A DNA stretch of 63,838 bases, filler included, from Octopus bimaculoides (GCF_001194135.2; 6 parts of 6 records of this genome joined end to end with filler, not necessarily neighbours in it), one strand, 5' to 3'. Counted from the first letter of the whole stretch, positions 24,393 through 38,424 are shown. Program-made: numbers and translations. The notes: generated by a model from the letters alone, not told the origin.

Positions 24393-25107
24393 NNNNNNNN
24401 NNNNNNNNNNNNNNNNNNNNNNNNNNNNNNNNNNNNNNNNNNNNNNNNNNNNNNNNNNNNNNNNNNNNNNNNNNNNNNNNNNNNNNNNNNNNNNNNNNNN
24501 NNNNNNNNNNNNNNNNNNNNNNNNNNNNNNNNNNNNNNNNNNNNNNNNNNNNNNNNNNNNNNNNNNNNNNNNNNNNNNNNNNNNNNNNNNNNNNNNNNNN
24601 NNNNNNNNNNNNNNNNNNNNNNNNNNNNNNNNNNNNNNNNNNNNNNNNNNNNNNNNNNNNNNNNNNNNNNNNNNNNNNNNNNNNNNNNNNNNNNNNNNNN
24701 NNNNNNNNNNNNNNNNNNNNNNNNNNNNNNNNNNNNNNNNNNNNNNNNNNNNNNNNNNNNNNNNNNNNNNNNNNNNNNNNNNNNNNNNNNNNNNNNNNNN
24801 NNNNNNNNNNNNNNNNNNNNNNNNNNNNNNNNNNNNNNNNNNNNNNNNNNNNNNNNNNNNNNNNNNNNNNNNNNNNNNNNNNNNNNNNNNNNNNNNNNNN
24901 NNNNNNNNNNNNNGTTTTGTATTTACTGCTGCTACTGCTGCTACTGCTGCTGCTGCTACTGTTGTTGTTACGACGAAGACAATGCTGCCGGCTATCTTGT
25001 CTGAACATTCATAAATATGGAAACATACACAGCAGCTGCGGCAGTTGCAGCAGCAATACAGTGCGTGAGTGTTTGTGTGTATGCGTATAGACACACAAAC
25101 ACACACA

Positions 25108-25138
<31 letters not shown>

Positions 25139-26534
25139 GCGCAGACACGTGTCAATGTGTGTTTGTAAGCATGTATATATAAATATGTATGTATGTGTGT
25201 GTGTGGTCTCATACGTATACTTGCAGATATATATTTATACATTTGTACGTATACGCATGCGTATATGATTACGTGTGAGTGACGTCGTGTGATTAGGGTT
25301 TGTCTGACCACGTGGCATTATTACCGTGTATATATGCACGTACGTGCCAACGAATATATGTATGCGCGTATATATATTATGTACGTATATATGCATGTGT
25401 ATGTATGTTTATATATCATTCTCGTTTCAATGATTTACATCTAATCATGTCATATTGTATATATTCAAGTACATACGGCAGATTCTCTCGCGTGTAGGAG
25501 ATAACGGGTTTAGACATCCACGCCACCCCCACCTACACGGATATATATGCACTTACACACACAAACACACACACACACACAGACACACACACACACACGG
25601 ACACACACATATACACACAAGTACATTCATACATGTATGCATAATAACAAATATGGACGCTCCGAAACAAATTATATGCGCGCCGATGTGTATGTATATG
25701 AGTATTTGTGTATGTGCGTATGTGTGTGCATGTGCATGTGTTTTGTATGTGAGCGCACGTGTATCTGTGTGTTTGTGTTTGTGTGTGCGCGAGGTTTACT
25801 CTTCAGGTTCGTCGTACTGAGACCAAAGAAAGAAAAAATGATTATGTTTAATGGTCTTGTAGAAAGGCATGAACGACACAACCTCACCTCTCAGATGTAA
25901 AGCGAATAGGCTTTATCACAGGTTCGTGGTTCCCTTAATACACTGGGTGTTCTTAATCGGAGTTCACATAACCCTGGGGGGGTCCTTACAAAATTTTTTA
26001 GGTGGGTGGGGTTAAAAAATAATGTGCATTATCTCATCGAAATAATTTGACAATTTTTAAAATACGATTCATAATAGTATTTAATTATAAAAATGCAACA
26101 ACTGCAAGAACAGCAATAATCACATCAACGACGGCAGCAGCAGCAACTTTCTCGGGGACCATCGGCCATGATGAACAACCCAACGCGCGCACCGCCCAAT
26201 AATTATGTGCAGTTAATTGGTTTTTTTATAATTCCACAACACAAAATATTTTAACAAAATTTTATCCAATTTCCAATAATATATATATTTTTTTAAATTC
26301 TTTTATCCTTTTATTTGTTTCAGTCATTTGATTGCGGCCATGCTGGAGCACCGCCTTTAGTCGAACAAATCGACTCCAGTACTTATTCTTTGTAAGCCTG
26401 GTATTTATTCTGTCGGCAAAAGAGCTGAATTGTTAGCTTGCGGGGATGTAAACACACCAATATCGGTTGTCAAGCGATGATGGGGTGGGGGACAAACACA
26501 GACACACAAATACATGCATACGTACATACATGCG

Positions 26535-26566
<32 letters not shown>

Positions 26567-26584
26567 TATAAAATAACAATAATA

Positions 26585-26932
26585 ATAATAAGATGAGAAA
26601 ATAGCGATGCAATTAATAAGTTATTTATTAACTAAAAAATTGACAAAAATTCCTTACAGCTGTTTCAATTGAGACCCTCAGAAAATTAATCAATTAAGTT
26701 AAAAATTATTTGTAAGTCGAATCTCTTCAGAAGTAGAGAAAGATATACAAAATAGATGTTCAAATTTTGCATGTTCTCTACCCCTGAAGAGATTCGACTT
26801 TCAAATAGTTTTTAATCTAATTGATTAATTATCTGAGGATCTCAATTGAAACAGCTGTAAGAGAACTTTGTCAATTTTTTAGTTAATACATAATAATTTA
26901 TTAATTATCTCTCTATTTTCTCATCTTATTAT
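26585..26932. mobile_element. Fold-back element with about 155-bp inverted arms, each carrying a hammerhead-like motif
   Basis: Arms 26585-26739 and 26774-26932; CTGAAGA 26784-26790 ... GAAACAGCTGTA 26848-26859 on +, mirror copy 26730-26655 on -. Confidence 0.65.
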
Positions 26933-28418
26933 AATAAATAAAATATATATAAACCACAGTTTATATTGCTATCTCGCAGTGAAGTATTAGAAAGAATGTT
27001 CAATACTCTTTGTATAGGTAACTAACCAGTACTTTCATGGGATTTTGCTATCCCTGAATGAGGTTTGTAACCTTTAATTGTGCTTCTGTTATGTATATAT
27101 ATATATATATATCAGAGTGTATAAAAATTTATGCACGGAAACAAGACCACCATGTGGGCTTCTTACATGCTAAAAAGGGCAGTCAGATCCCAAACCACGA
27201 AAAAACATTCTTATTTATGGCACATTGCTTGTAGTCGAGCAGGACACTTGAATGAATAAAAATCTCAGTTAATCCTATACCCATGAGTTTCACCATTAAT
27301 GATCAAATAAATCAATTAATTATTTAATTGATTAATTAACCATCTGTGGCTCGTCAGTAGAGTCGCTGGAAAATGTATAATTATGAAAATATAATACGTA
27401 TTGAAAACTTTGCATTTGTGTGTGATATGTCTTTATATGTGTGTGTGTGTGTGTGTGTGTTTATGTGTATCTTGTATTTCCACCCGGTGGACGTGGAGAT
27501 GGTGATGCGCTTCCGTTGGACTCGGGGAGAGGAGACGAGATGCAGCAAGCTACTTGTTGCATCTGCAACACAGAAAAGACTTCAGCTTCCATTGTAGCGA
27601 TCGATCCAGCGATGTGGTGACGTGTAATCCATCAGCACACATACATACATGCTACACACACCCCTTTTATACCATAAATCTCATGTATATATGTATATAT
27701 ATATATGTATATATATATATGTATATATATANNNNNNNNNNNNNNNNNNNNNNNNNNNNNNNNNNNNNNNNNNNNNNNNNNNNNNNNNNNNNNNNNNNNN
27801 NNNNNNNNNNNNNNNNNNNNNNNNNNNNNNNNNNNNNNNNNNNNNNNNNNNNNNNNNNNNNNNNNNNNNNNNNNNNNNNNNNNNNNNNNNNNNNNNNNNN
27901 NNNNNNNNNNNNNNNNNNNNNNNNNNNNNNNNNNNNNNNNNNNNNNNNNNNNNNNNNNNNNNNNNNNNNNNNNNNNNNNNNNNNNNNNNNNNNNNNNNNN
28001 NNNNNNNNNNNNNNNNNNNNNNNNNNNNNNNNNNNNNNNNNNNNNNNNNNNNNNNNNNNNNNNNNNNNNNNNNNNNNNNNNNNNNNNNNNNNNNNNNNNN
28101 NNNNNNNNNNNNNNNNNNNNNNNNNNNNNNNNNNNNNNNNNNNNNNNNNNNNNNNNNNNNNNNNNNNNNNNNNNNNNNNNNNNNNNNNNNNNNNNNNNNN
28201 NNNNNNNNNNNNNNNNNNNNNNNNNNNNNNNNNNNNNNNNNNNNNNNNNNNNNNNNNNNNNNNNNNNNNNNNNNNNNNNNNNNNNNNNNNNNNNNNNNNN
28301 NNNNNNNNNNNNNNNNNNNNNNNNNNNNNNNNNNNNNNNNNNNNNNNNNNNNNNNNNNNNNNNNNNNNNNNCGATTACTTAGATATATATACGATGTAAA
28401 AATACATACTTACAAACA

Positions 28419-28476
<58 letters not shown>

Positions 28477-28735
28477 CCTATCTTTCTTTTCTTTCGTTCG
28501 TTTGTTTTATTTCTTTCAGTCGTTTGACTGTGGCCATGCTGGAGCACCGCCTTTAGTCGGACAAATCGACCCAGGACTTATGCAAGCTTGAAAGTTTCAT
28601 TTTTATCTTTTTCTTTATACTAATTTAAAACTCTTTCGCCTTTTCTATATTTATTACCAAGATCACACAGTTGTTGTGTGAAAAACTCTTTTTAAAAACA
28701 ACTAAAATTTAAAAAAAACTAAACTTTAAAAAATT

Positions 28736-28807
28736 ATATCTCTGATGAAGGAAATGCAGCTACCAAAGTCGAAAGAATACGCTTTCCCTAAAACGATCGT
28801 CAGATAT
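28736..28807 (+). ncRNA. Hammerhead-ribozyme-like motif with G12-to-A change
   Basis: ATATCT-CTGATGA-AGGAAATGC...GCTTTCCCT-AAA-ACGATCGT-C-AGATAT: perfect 6-bp stem I, 8-bp bulged stem II, palindromic stem III, GUC triplet. Confidence 0.6.
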
Positions 28808-29525
28808 CTTACTTCATTATATTTTTATTTCATTCGTCAACTGCTTTATTTTATTTCATGCGAGGACAATCTTTAAATCGCCTTACTCTATTTAATTTTA
28901 CTTCATTCGAGGACTATTGTAAATCTTTTAAACATCTCACCTGTTCGTGATTTTAATTTAATTAATTTTATCTGAAGTAATTTTCTGTATATGGACTCCA
29001 ATCGCCCAACCTTGGGGTTATTATAAAAGGAATATATGTGTATATACTTAATTGTATTCTCAATTTGAATACGTATTAACCAGACAAGGAATCTCTGCCG
29101 ACTTGAACTTTGATATTTGCTCAATATACTGAGCCCTTCGTGATATTTCGTGGAAAGAATTACACTAACTTATTATTTAATATATATGTATGTACGTAGG
29201 TATGTATGTATGTATGTATGTATGTATGTANNNNNNNNNNAGAAGAAGAAGAAGAAGAAGAAGAAGAAGAAGAAGAAGAAGAAATGACCACGACGTTCTC
29301 GTAGAGAAACATGTCTTCAGCATGTCATCTATACGACGACGATGATGATGACGATAGTGATGATGATGTTGATGATGATGATGATAAAGAGGATCTTTAA
29401 ATTCTTAATCTCATCGAAATCGACATTTTTCTCTTTTCATGAGTTCAATACCCTATAAAACATATTTCGATGTTTCATCGATTACTTAGATATATATACG
29501 ATGTAAAAATACATACTTACAAACA

Positions 29526-29575
<50 letters not shown>

Positions 29576-30550
29576 CCTATCTTTCTTTTCTTTCGTTCGT
29601 TTGTTTTATTTCTTTCAGTCGTTTGACTGTGGCCATGCTGGAGCACNNNNNNNNNNNNNNNNNNNNNNNNNNNNNNNNNNNNNNNNNNNNNNNNNNNNNN
29701 NNNNNNNNNNNNNNNNNNNNNNNNNNNNNNNNNNNNNNNNNNNNNNNNNNNNNNNNNNNNNNNNNNNNNNNNNNNNNNNNNNNNNNNNNNNNNNNNNNNN
29801 NNNNNNNNNNNNNNNNNNNNNNNNNNNNNNNNNNNNNNNNNNNNNNNNNNNNNNNNNNNNNNNNNNNNNNNNNNNNNNNNNNNNNNNNNNNNNNNNNNNN
29901 NNNNNNNNNNNNNNNNNNNNNNNNNNNNNNNNNNNNNNNNNNNNNNNNNNNNNNNNNNNNNNNNNNNNNNNNNNNNNNNNNNNNNNNNNNNNNNNNNNNN
30001 NNNNNNNNNNNNNNNNNNNNNNNNNNNNNNNNNNNNNNNNNNNNNNNNNNNNNNNNNNNNNNNNNNNNNNNNNNNNNNNNNNNNNNNNNNNNNNNNNNNN
30101 NNNNNNNNNNNNNNNNNNNNNNNNNNNNNNNNNNNNNNNNNNNNNNNNNNNNNNNNNNNNNNNNNNNNNNNNNNNNNNNNNNNNNNNNNNNNNNNNNNNN
30201 NNNNNNNNNNNNNNNNNNNNNNNNNNNNNNNNNNNNNNNNNNNNNNNNNNNNNNNNNNNNNNNNNNNNNNNNNNNNNNNNNNNNNNNNNNNNNNNNNNNN
30301 NNNNNNNNNNNNNNNNNNNNNNNNNNNNNNNNNNNNNNNNNNNNNNNNNNNNNNNNNNNNNNNNNNNNNNNNNNNNNNNNNNNNNNNNNNNNNNNNNNNN
30401 NNNNNNNNNNNNTATTTGCTCAATATACTGAGCCCTTCGTGATATTTCGTGGAAAGAATTACACTAACTTATTATTTAATATATATGTATGTACGTAGGT
30501 ATGTATGTATGTATGTATGTATGTATGTATGTATGTATGTATGTATGTAT

Positions 30551-31290
30551 AGGGTGTTTCAAAAAATTTGATATCATTTCGCAATCTAATAGCTTTGCAA
30601 GTTCTTGTTCAAATGACTTCAAATTTTAACAGCATGTGTAGAAACCGGTCGAAATTTTATGTCTAATGTTTGATATGTTGATCTTTTCAGGTATAGAAAT
30701 GGCATTCTCTGGAAGTAAAAAGGCGTTTTGTGGGCTGGAGTATGCTCGAACACAATCGAAGAAGTGTGTGCAGCGTGCATGAGAGAGTTCTCTAAAAAGT
30801 CACCAACGGCAGATTTGGACATGGTACAAAAAATTCAAAGAGAAGGGCTGTCTGTGCAGGGCAAAAGGATCTGGACGACCACTAACATCGGAGGAGACGA
30901 AAACTCTTGCGAAGTCCCAAAAAGTCCATAAGAAGAACAATCCTGGAAACCCAGATTCCTCCAATGACAGTTTGTCGCGTCCCGAGGAAACGCTTGCTAA
31001 TGAAACCCTACAAGCTGCAACTTGTTCAGGCCATAGTGGCAGATGACAAGCAAAAGCTCAAACATGGGGCTATGTGAAGGGCCTGTTCTATGCCCTCCTT
31101 CCTGAAAACCTAGAGGAACTCGAGCAGAGAATCACTACCACACTGGAGACTGTTACCCAAGACATGGTGCAGTGTGTTTGAGAAGAGCTGGACTATCGAC
31201 TTGACGTGTGCCGTGTCTCAGGCGGTGCACATATTGAACGTTTGTAAAATCGAAATCCACATTCCTTTGAATTTCTCATTCAAATTTGGA
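30551..31290 (+). mobile_element. Internally deleted Tc1/mariner-superfamily transposon
   Basis: Left end AGGGTGTTTCAAAA; frameshifted ORF from ATG 30699 (MAFSGSKKAFCGLEYARTQS...QIWTWYKKFKEKGC...GSGRP...KPYKLQLVQ) jumps to C-terminal WGYVKG...DYRLDVCRVSGGAHIERL* (stop 31245-31247); catalytic core missing. Confidence 0.8.
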
Positions 31291-32016
31291 GGAATAAATC
31301 TTATGTTGATCAAAATTAAGCCTGTTTAGTTTCACTTGTTTTGACTTTGTATTTATAAAGTCAGTGGGTATGAAAAGTGAATGTGTTTACTTAGCCATTG
31401 TCATCCTTAAGGCTACGGCTGTTTCGCAGCCTTCTCCATGCTGCAATAATTTCAGTGTATAATTAAAAGTTGAATCATTGCTGTAACCTTGATGTTCTGT
31501 TAGTCTGATGAACTAGCTTTCTTTATCTGCATTAGTTTGCCAATATACAATTGTATTGTATAATGCGTAGCATGCAAGTTAGTGCAGACATGTAAGCGTA
31601 ATTTATTATGTTATGATTGACCAAGACGTTATGCAGTGTAATCGAACCTGGCATGTCATGATTAAGAAATAATTAGATCATAAGAAGCGTATATAGTCAA
31701 TCATGCTATCAGGAGATACTATTCTACCAATACAATCATCTTTACACATTGATTGTCTCTGTTTAGATCGCAGAGAGCATGGCATTTATGTTTCAAAGAC
31801 AAATCATTTCAGCCCAGACATCTCACATTTTAAACATTATTATTGTTCAAAATACTTACTGTACCTCACATAACCAGAAAACAAAACGGTCCGCTGGTTT
31901 TGACAGTTTTAGACAATTTATTATATTTCCAATGGCCTGTGTATGGTATGGGTGTATAACACAATGTTGGCTAAATTATTGCTGACGTCAGATATATATA
32001 CATAGGTATATATATG

Positions 32017-32080
<64 letters not shown>

Positions 32081-32936
32081 NNNNNNNNNNNNNNNNNNNN
32101 NNNNNNNNNNNNNNNNNNNNNNNNNNNNNNNNNNNNNNNNNNNNNNNNNNNNNNNNNNNNNNNNNNNNNNNNNNNNNNNNNNNNNNNNNNNNNNNNNNNN
32201 NNNNNNNNNNNNNNNNNNNNNNNNNNNNNNNNNNNNNNNNNNNNNNNNNNNNNNNNNNNNNNNNNNNNNNNNNNNNNNNNNNNNNNNNNNNNNNNNNNNN
32301 NNNNNNNNNNNNNNNNNNNNNNNNNNNNNNNNNNNNNNNNNNNNNNNNNNNNNNNNNNNNNNNNNNNNNNNNNNNNNNNNNNNNNNNNNNNNNNNNNNNN
32401 NNNNNNNNNNNNNNNNNNNNNNNNNNNNNNNNNNNNNNNNNNNNNNNNNNNNNNNNNNNNNNNNNNNNNNNNNNNNNNNNNNNNNNNNNNNNNNNNNNNN
32501 NNNNNNNNNNNNNNNNNNNNNNNNNNNNNNNNNNNNNNNNNNNNNNNNNNNNNNNNNNNNNNNNNNNNNNNNNNNNNNNNNNNNNNNNNNNNNNNNNNNN
32601 NNNNNNNNNNNNNNNNNNNNNNNNNNNNNNNNNNNNNNNNNNNNNNNNNNNNNNNNNNNNNNNNNNNNNNNNNNNNNNNNNNNNNNNNNNNNNNNNNNNN
32701 NNNNNNNNNNNNNNNNNNNNNNNNNNNNNNNNNNNNNNNNNNNNNNNNNNNNNNNNNNNNNNNNNNNNNNNNNNNNNNNNNNNNNNNNNNNNNNNNNNNN
32801 NNNNNNNNNNNNNNNNNNNNNNNNNNNNNNNNNNNNNNNNNNNNNNNNNNNNNNNNNNNNNNNNNNNNNNNNNNNNNNNNNNNNNNNNNNNNNNNNNNNN
32901 NNNNNNNNNNNNNNNNNNNNNNNNNNNNNNNNNNNN

Positions 32937-33141
32937 ATAAATAATGCGGTTTTTTTCAATTGCATGAAATAAAAAATCGGAGGGATAAAGGATAAACTAT
33001 CTGTGTTGTCATGATATAAAAGCAAAGTATATTTTAGATTAAACGGATAGGTTATTTAAATTAAAAAAATAACTTTTTTATCATAATTTTAAAAAATAAA
33101 AGAAGTATAAAAAATCGCATTATTTAATGGATGACCCAGTA
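32937..33141. mobile_element. mariner-like MITE, left end lost in gap
   Basis: TAAATAATGCGGTTTTTT ... AAAAAATCGCATTATTTAATGGATGACCCAGTA inverted termini. Confidence 0.55.
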
Positions 33142-33538
33142 CTTCCACAAGTGACCACTTATCCTACAGTAACAACCACTGTGGTTGTCCAATGCGTTTA
33201 ACATGTTTTATTAATTCAGTAATACAATGAAGGCTGAAGTCTAAGAATATTTTCCGTATTAAAGCTTAGAATGAAAAATAAGCAAGCCAAGCACGTCAGT
33301 AATTTATGGAACAAAACTAAGAACCGAAAGACTGCCAAAGCTTCAGATCAGGTTCCTTGGTTTAACTGCAAGTCCACTCATCTGGCAAATAGGAACTGTA
33401 CCCCTGTGTCCGGTTTCATACTGATACCAAGATGAGGGATTGCCGACGAATATGATACTTGAAATTACAGTTCAGTCGATCTCTGTTCGGCTGTCCACAG
33501 CAATAGTGTATACATATGGCAGACGTTTACGACTAATG

Positions 33539-33932
33539 CAGTGGTTTTCAACCAGGGTTCATATGACCCTTGGTAGGGTCTGCATAAAATTTTGGGGTGT
33601 CCATGCAAGCAAAGTAGTGAAATGGCGACCCACAAGTCGTATTTAAAGGGTGCAGGAAAAAAAAATTACTTTCGATGTATTTTTTGTAAGAAACAGTTAG
33701 GTTTCTTTTACTAACGTTTTACAAAGTTTAATTTGTTTCCGGTCGCAGAAACATGTTCTTGCCGAGAGTTCCATTGCAAACCTACACAAGTAAATGGGTG
33801 AATAAGAAAACAGGAATTTCGAAAGACATATCTATAGAAGCAGTTTTTAAACACCGAATGGTTTTGACGGTCCACCAGAATAAAATAGTTAAGCAAACGG
33901 GTCCATATGTGAAAAACTGGTTGAGAACCACT
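33539..33932. mobile_element. hAT-like MITE
   Basis: CAGTGGTTTTCAACCAG...CTGGTTGAGAACCACT termini; CTAATG repeated at both flanks. Confidence 0.65.
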
Positions 33933-33933
33933 A

Positions 33934-33970
<37 letters not shown>

Positions 33971-34789
33971 TCATTATTCAGTTTTATTTCAAGATTTCTT
34001 GCCAATACAGAGAGCCGGTTTCTAACCTAGATCCAAGGCTCCTTCATTGAAATTTCTACATCAACAGGGTATTTTTGTATGTAAGTATGTATGTATATAT
34101 GTATGTATCTATATGTATGTATGTATGTATGTATATATGTATGTATGTATGTCCCTTACTCCCGCGGGTTTTACTGTGCGGCCTGACACCAATCAATATT
34201 ATTTCTTCAGTTAACCCATTTCCGCATATGTGTGTGCGGCCTGACATACACATATGTCAGGCCGCATATGTATATATACGGTCTGACATCAACCACTATT
34301 ATTTCTTCAGTCAACCCATATCTGGGTCCCATTTCCGGGACCCAGATAGCTACTACTGCTTTAGAGGTGGTTCTGTAGTCTTCAAAATCCTAGAGCTCCA
34401 CAGTCATGGCCCTACGACCGGATGCTTTCACTTCAGTACTGGTCATCTAGCTTCGGCCTGTCACTAGGTACCGATCACAAAGCCTCAGAGAATGGTACAC
34501 GTGTTCTACAAGAGTTTATTTCGATAATCCAACGACGCACGGACGTCTGCTTCTGGTGACCTCACTTGCCATTCCATCAGCAGAACATCCTATGACAATG
34601 GAAGAATGGCGATTTATGCAGATCTAAACTTTTGGAAGCGCACAGGAAGTTACAACTTGAAATTGTCATTTTGGCTTCAAACCATGCGGATCTCAAAAGT
34701 AGTCTGAGAGGTCATGGTTGGAAAGTCAAAAATGCCATCGACAGCTAGGAAGCACAAGGAGACGACATTCATCTGTGAAGATGGAGCAA

Positions 34790-35282
34790 TCTCCGTGTAA
34801 TGTATGCATGCATGCATGTATATGTGCATGTGTGTATGTATGTGTGCGCATATCTATGTATGCATGTATGTATGTAGGTATACATGTCTGTCTGTATGTA
34901 TGTATATATGCATGTGTGTGTATATCTATGCATGTATGTATGTATGCATGCATGTATGTATATGTGTGTATGTATATATGTACATATGTATATATATGTG
35001 TGTGTGAGTGTGTGTATGTATGTAGATATGCATGCATGCATGTATGTATGTATGTGTGTGTATGTGCGTATGCAAGTATGTATGTATGTATGGATGGATG
35101 TATGCATGTGTGTGTATATCTATGTATGCAAATATGTATGTATGTATGTGTGTGTATGTGTGTTTATGTATGCATGTATGTATGCATGTATGCATGTATG
35201 TATATGTGTGTATGTATATATGTACATATATGCATATATGTGTGTGTGAGTGTGTGTGTGTGTATGTATGCATGTATGTATG

Positions 35283-35316
<34 letters not shown>

Positions 35317-35340
35317 TGTATGTATGTATGTATATGTACT
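34790..35340. repeat. Compound (TG)n/(TATG)n/(TGCA)n low-complexity tract
   Basis: Explains the cluster of MYVC/HTHI ORFs; similar tracts at about 23590-25800, 36700-38140, 42720-43480, 51870-52700, 58290-58690. Confidence 0.9.
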
Positions 35341-35473
35341 CCATCAGGTTAATAATTATAGTTCTTTGTCTAATTAATTAATTATCCTGCTTATTTAGCA
35401 GGCGGAGCTGTGATTTCTGCAATCAAATAAGTGATTAACTTCTACAGGCATTGCAAAAGTAGAATATTGACGG

Positions 35474-35505
<32 letters not shown>

Positions 35506-35749
35506 CATATATAAACACACCAGATACAAATGCACATACACACTTACACGCATTTGTGTGTGTGTGTGTGTTTTGTATGTGTTTTGTGCCGTGATGTTTG
35601 GATACACTTTTGCACATGTTTAGAGAGAANNNNNNNNNNNNNNNNNNNNNNNNNNNNNNNNNNNNNNNNNNNNNNNNNNNNNNNNNNNNNNNNNNNNNNN
35701 NNNNNNNNNNNNNNNNNNNNNNNNNNNNNTAGGGGGAGGAAGAGTAGGG

Positions 35750-36160
<411 letters not shown>

Positions 36161-37179
36161 GATCCTGTAGAAATAACTTAGTTGCACTTTTCAAGCTGCA
36201 ATCTTAGGTTTTTCAAAGCTCTACAGATGGAGGCCATATGTAAATCAGTGGAGATTTTTATCGTCAATGGCGCTGTTAGGGTAGCCGAGTGTTTCCTCTC
36301 TTTTAGTAATTCGCCATTGACTGAATAATGAATTACATTGCCGCTATTTAATAGCTAAAATCGATTTATATTCTCTGTTAAACGCACTGAATCAACTTCA
36401 CAGTAAGAGGAATTCGCTGGATTTAATAGAAAAATGATTAATATCACTCCATGTTTGTTGATCGTTCGATAGCAAAACATCACTCTCTCTCTCACCCTTT
36501 CGCTCTCTCACTCACTCGCTCTTTCCCCCACTCCTTCTTTCTTTTTCGATAGAAAAACCTCGCTTTCTCCTTCTCTTGTCTTCCCCCCTCTCTCTCTGTG
36601 TCTCTCTTAATAGCAAAACGTCACTCTTTCTCTCTCAGCTCAAATATTCATCTACAAACGCATAGAGATAAACACCGACAAAGACAGGAGGATACAGATA
36701 CACAGTCTCTTCCATACCCATACACACACACACACACACACACACACATAAACACATTCATGCAGCATGCACACAAATGTAGATTTATCACGAACACACA
36801 CGCGCATACACGGGTTCGTACTTCGAATACATTAAATGCCTAGACATACATATGTATGAGGTTCGTGTGTATATATAAATATGCATACAAACTTATTCAC
36901 ACGCAGACACGCACAGACATATATATATGTGTGTGTATACATGTACCTATCTTTCTATATATGGATACGTACATACGTATATAAATACATACATACCTAT
37001 ATACATACATAAATACATGCATACATAGATTTATTCATACATAAATACATACATGCACATTTGTACTTCTTAATGCATTATGCTTGCATATCATTCCACG
37101 TATATTAGATTACGATGTATGTGTATGTGTGTGCATGTGTGAAAACGTGTGTGCATGTGTGAAAACGTGTGTGCATGTG

Positions 37180-37213
<34 letters not shown>

Positions 37214-37335
37214 CGTATGTGTAACCATTTATGTCTATATAAACGATTGTAAGTATAGATACAAATGCAGACATGGGTAAGTGAAAGTAGGACTATTCAC
37301 ACCTTCTCAAAGACGCATATACACTCATATATGTA

Positions 37336-37378
<43 letters not shown>

Positions 37379-38107
37379 ATATATCTATGTGTGTGCATGT
37401 ATGTATGTACATATATATGTATATATATATATATATATATGTACGTATATATATTTGTAGATATATATATATATGTATTATGTATGTATGAATGTATGTA
37501 TGTATGTATGTATGTATGTATGTATGTATTCATATGTATGTATAAGCGCGCAGGCAGAAAGATACATACACTTATATAGAATATAGTTACAACGTTCGTC
37601 TGTTGAAAACCTCGCAATAAACCGTAGGACGTGCTTGTGTATAACTAAATGTTTATAATCTCACTTTGTGTAGGTTTGGCCATAAATCTTCGCAGACATG
37701 GATGTTTAACCGATCAGAAATTAATTGAAAGCAATACGGTAGCTTACATAAGTGTGTCAGCGTAGATCTTGAAACATATGTATATACGTATGTATGCATT
37801 TCCATATATAGTTATTAGGTAAGTAGATAAATATATAGATACATATGCGTGTGTGTGCATGCGTGTATGTGTGAGTGTGAGTGTGTGTTTGTGTGTTTGT
37901 GTGTGTGTGTGTATACAGTCATATTTAAGTAAGCTAAAATTATTGACTGTGAAGTAGAAATATTGGTAATTTCATGTAATTTCTGATTAATAGAGGATAC
38001 ATATCTAATAAGTTTCTGTTCTATATATCGACATACATACATACATACATACATACATGCATACATACATACATATATATATATATATGTATATATATGT
38101 GTGTGTA

Positions 38108-38144
<37 letters not shown>

Positions 38145-38168
38145 GTTAATGCTATTGAAATAATTGTC

Positions 38169-38424
38169 ATTGGGTTGGTGCATAATGATTGCGGTTTTTT
38201 TTTTCAACAAATTTTATTCAACACTAACAATAACTATATTTAACAAAAACATCTTTAAATGACGGTCTGACCGTCTGCCATGCAAATGGGAAGCAATAAT
38301 TGAAGTAGATGGTGAATATGCTCCGGAATAATCATTTAAATATGTTTTTCTAGCATGCTGTTATTGTTTTTGTTGAATAAAATTTGTTGAAAAAAAGTTG
38401 CAATACTTATGCATCAACCCAATA
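38169..38424 (+). mobile_element. mariner-derived MITE with transposase C-terminal remnant
   Basis: About 55-bp TIRs ATTGGGTTGGTGCATAA...TTATGCATCAACCCAAT resembling Hsmar1-type ends; internal DRLPCKWEAIIEVDGEYAPE*. Confidence 0.75.

Noticed and set aside
25807-25896. 90-nt AG...GT-bounded open stretch (FVVLRPKKEKMIMFNG...)
   Set aside because: No recognisable homology; such pseudo-exons arise by chance.
28903-29124. 73-aa ORF with LESIYRKL, faintly like a GIY-YIG C-terminus near the 28736 motif
   Set aside because: Too short and degenerate to call.
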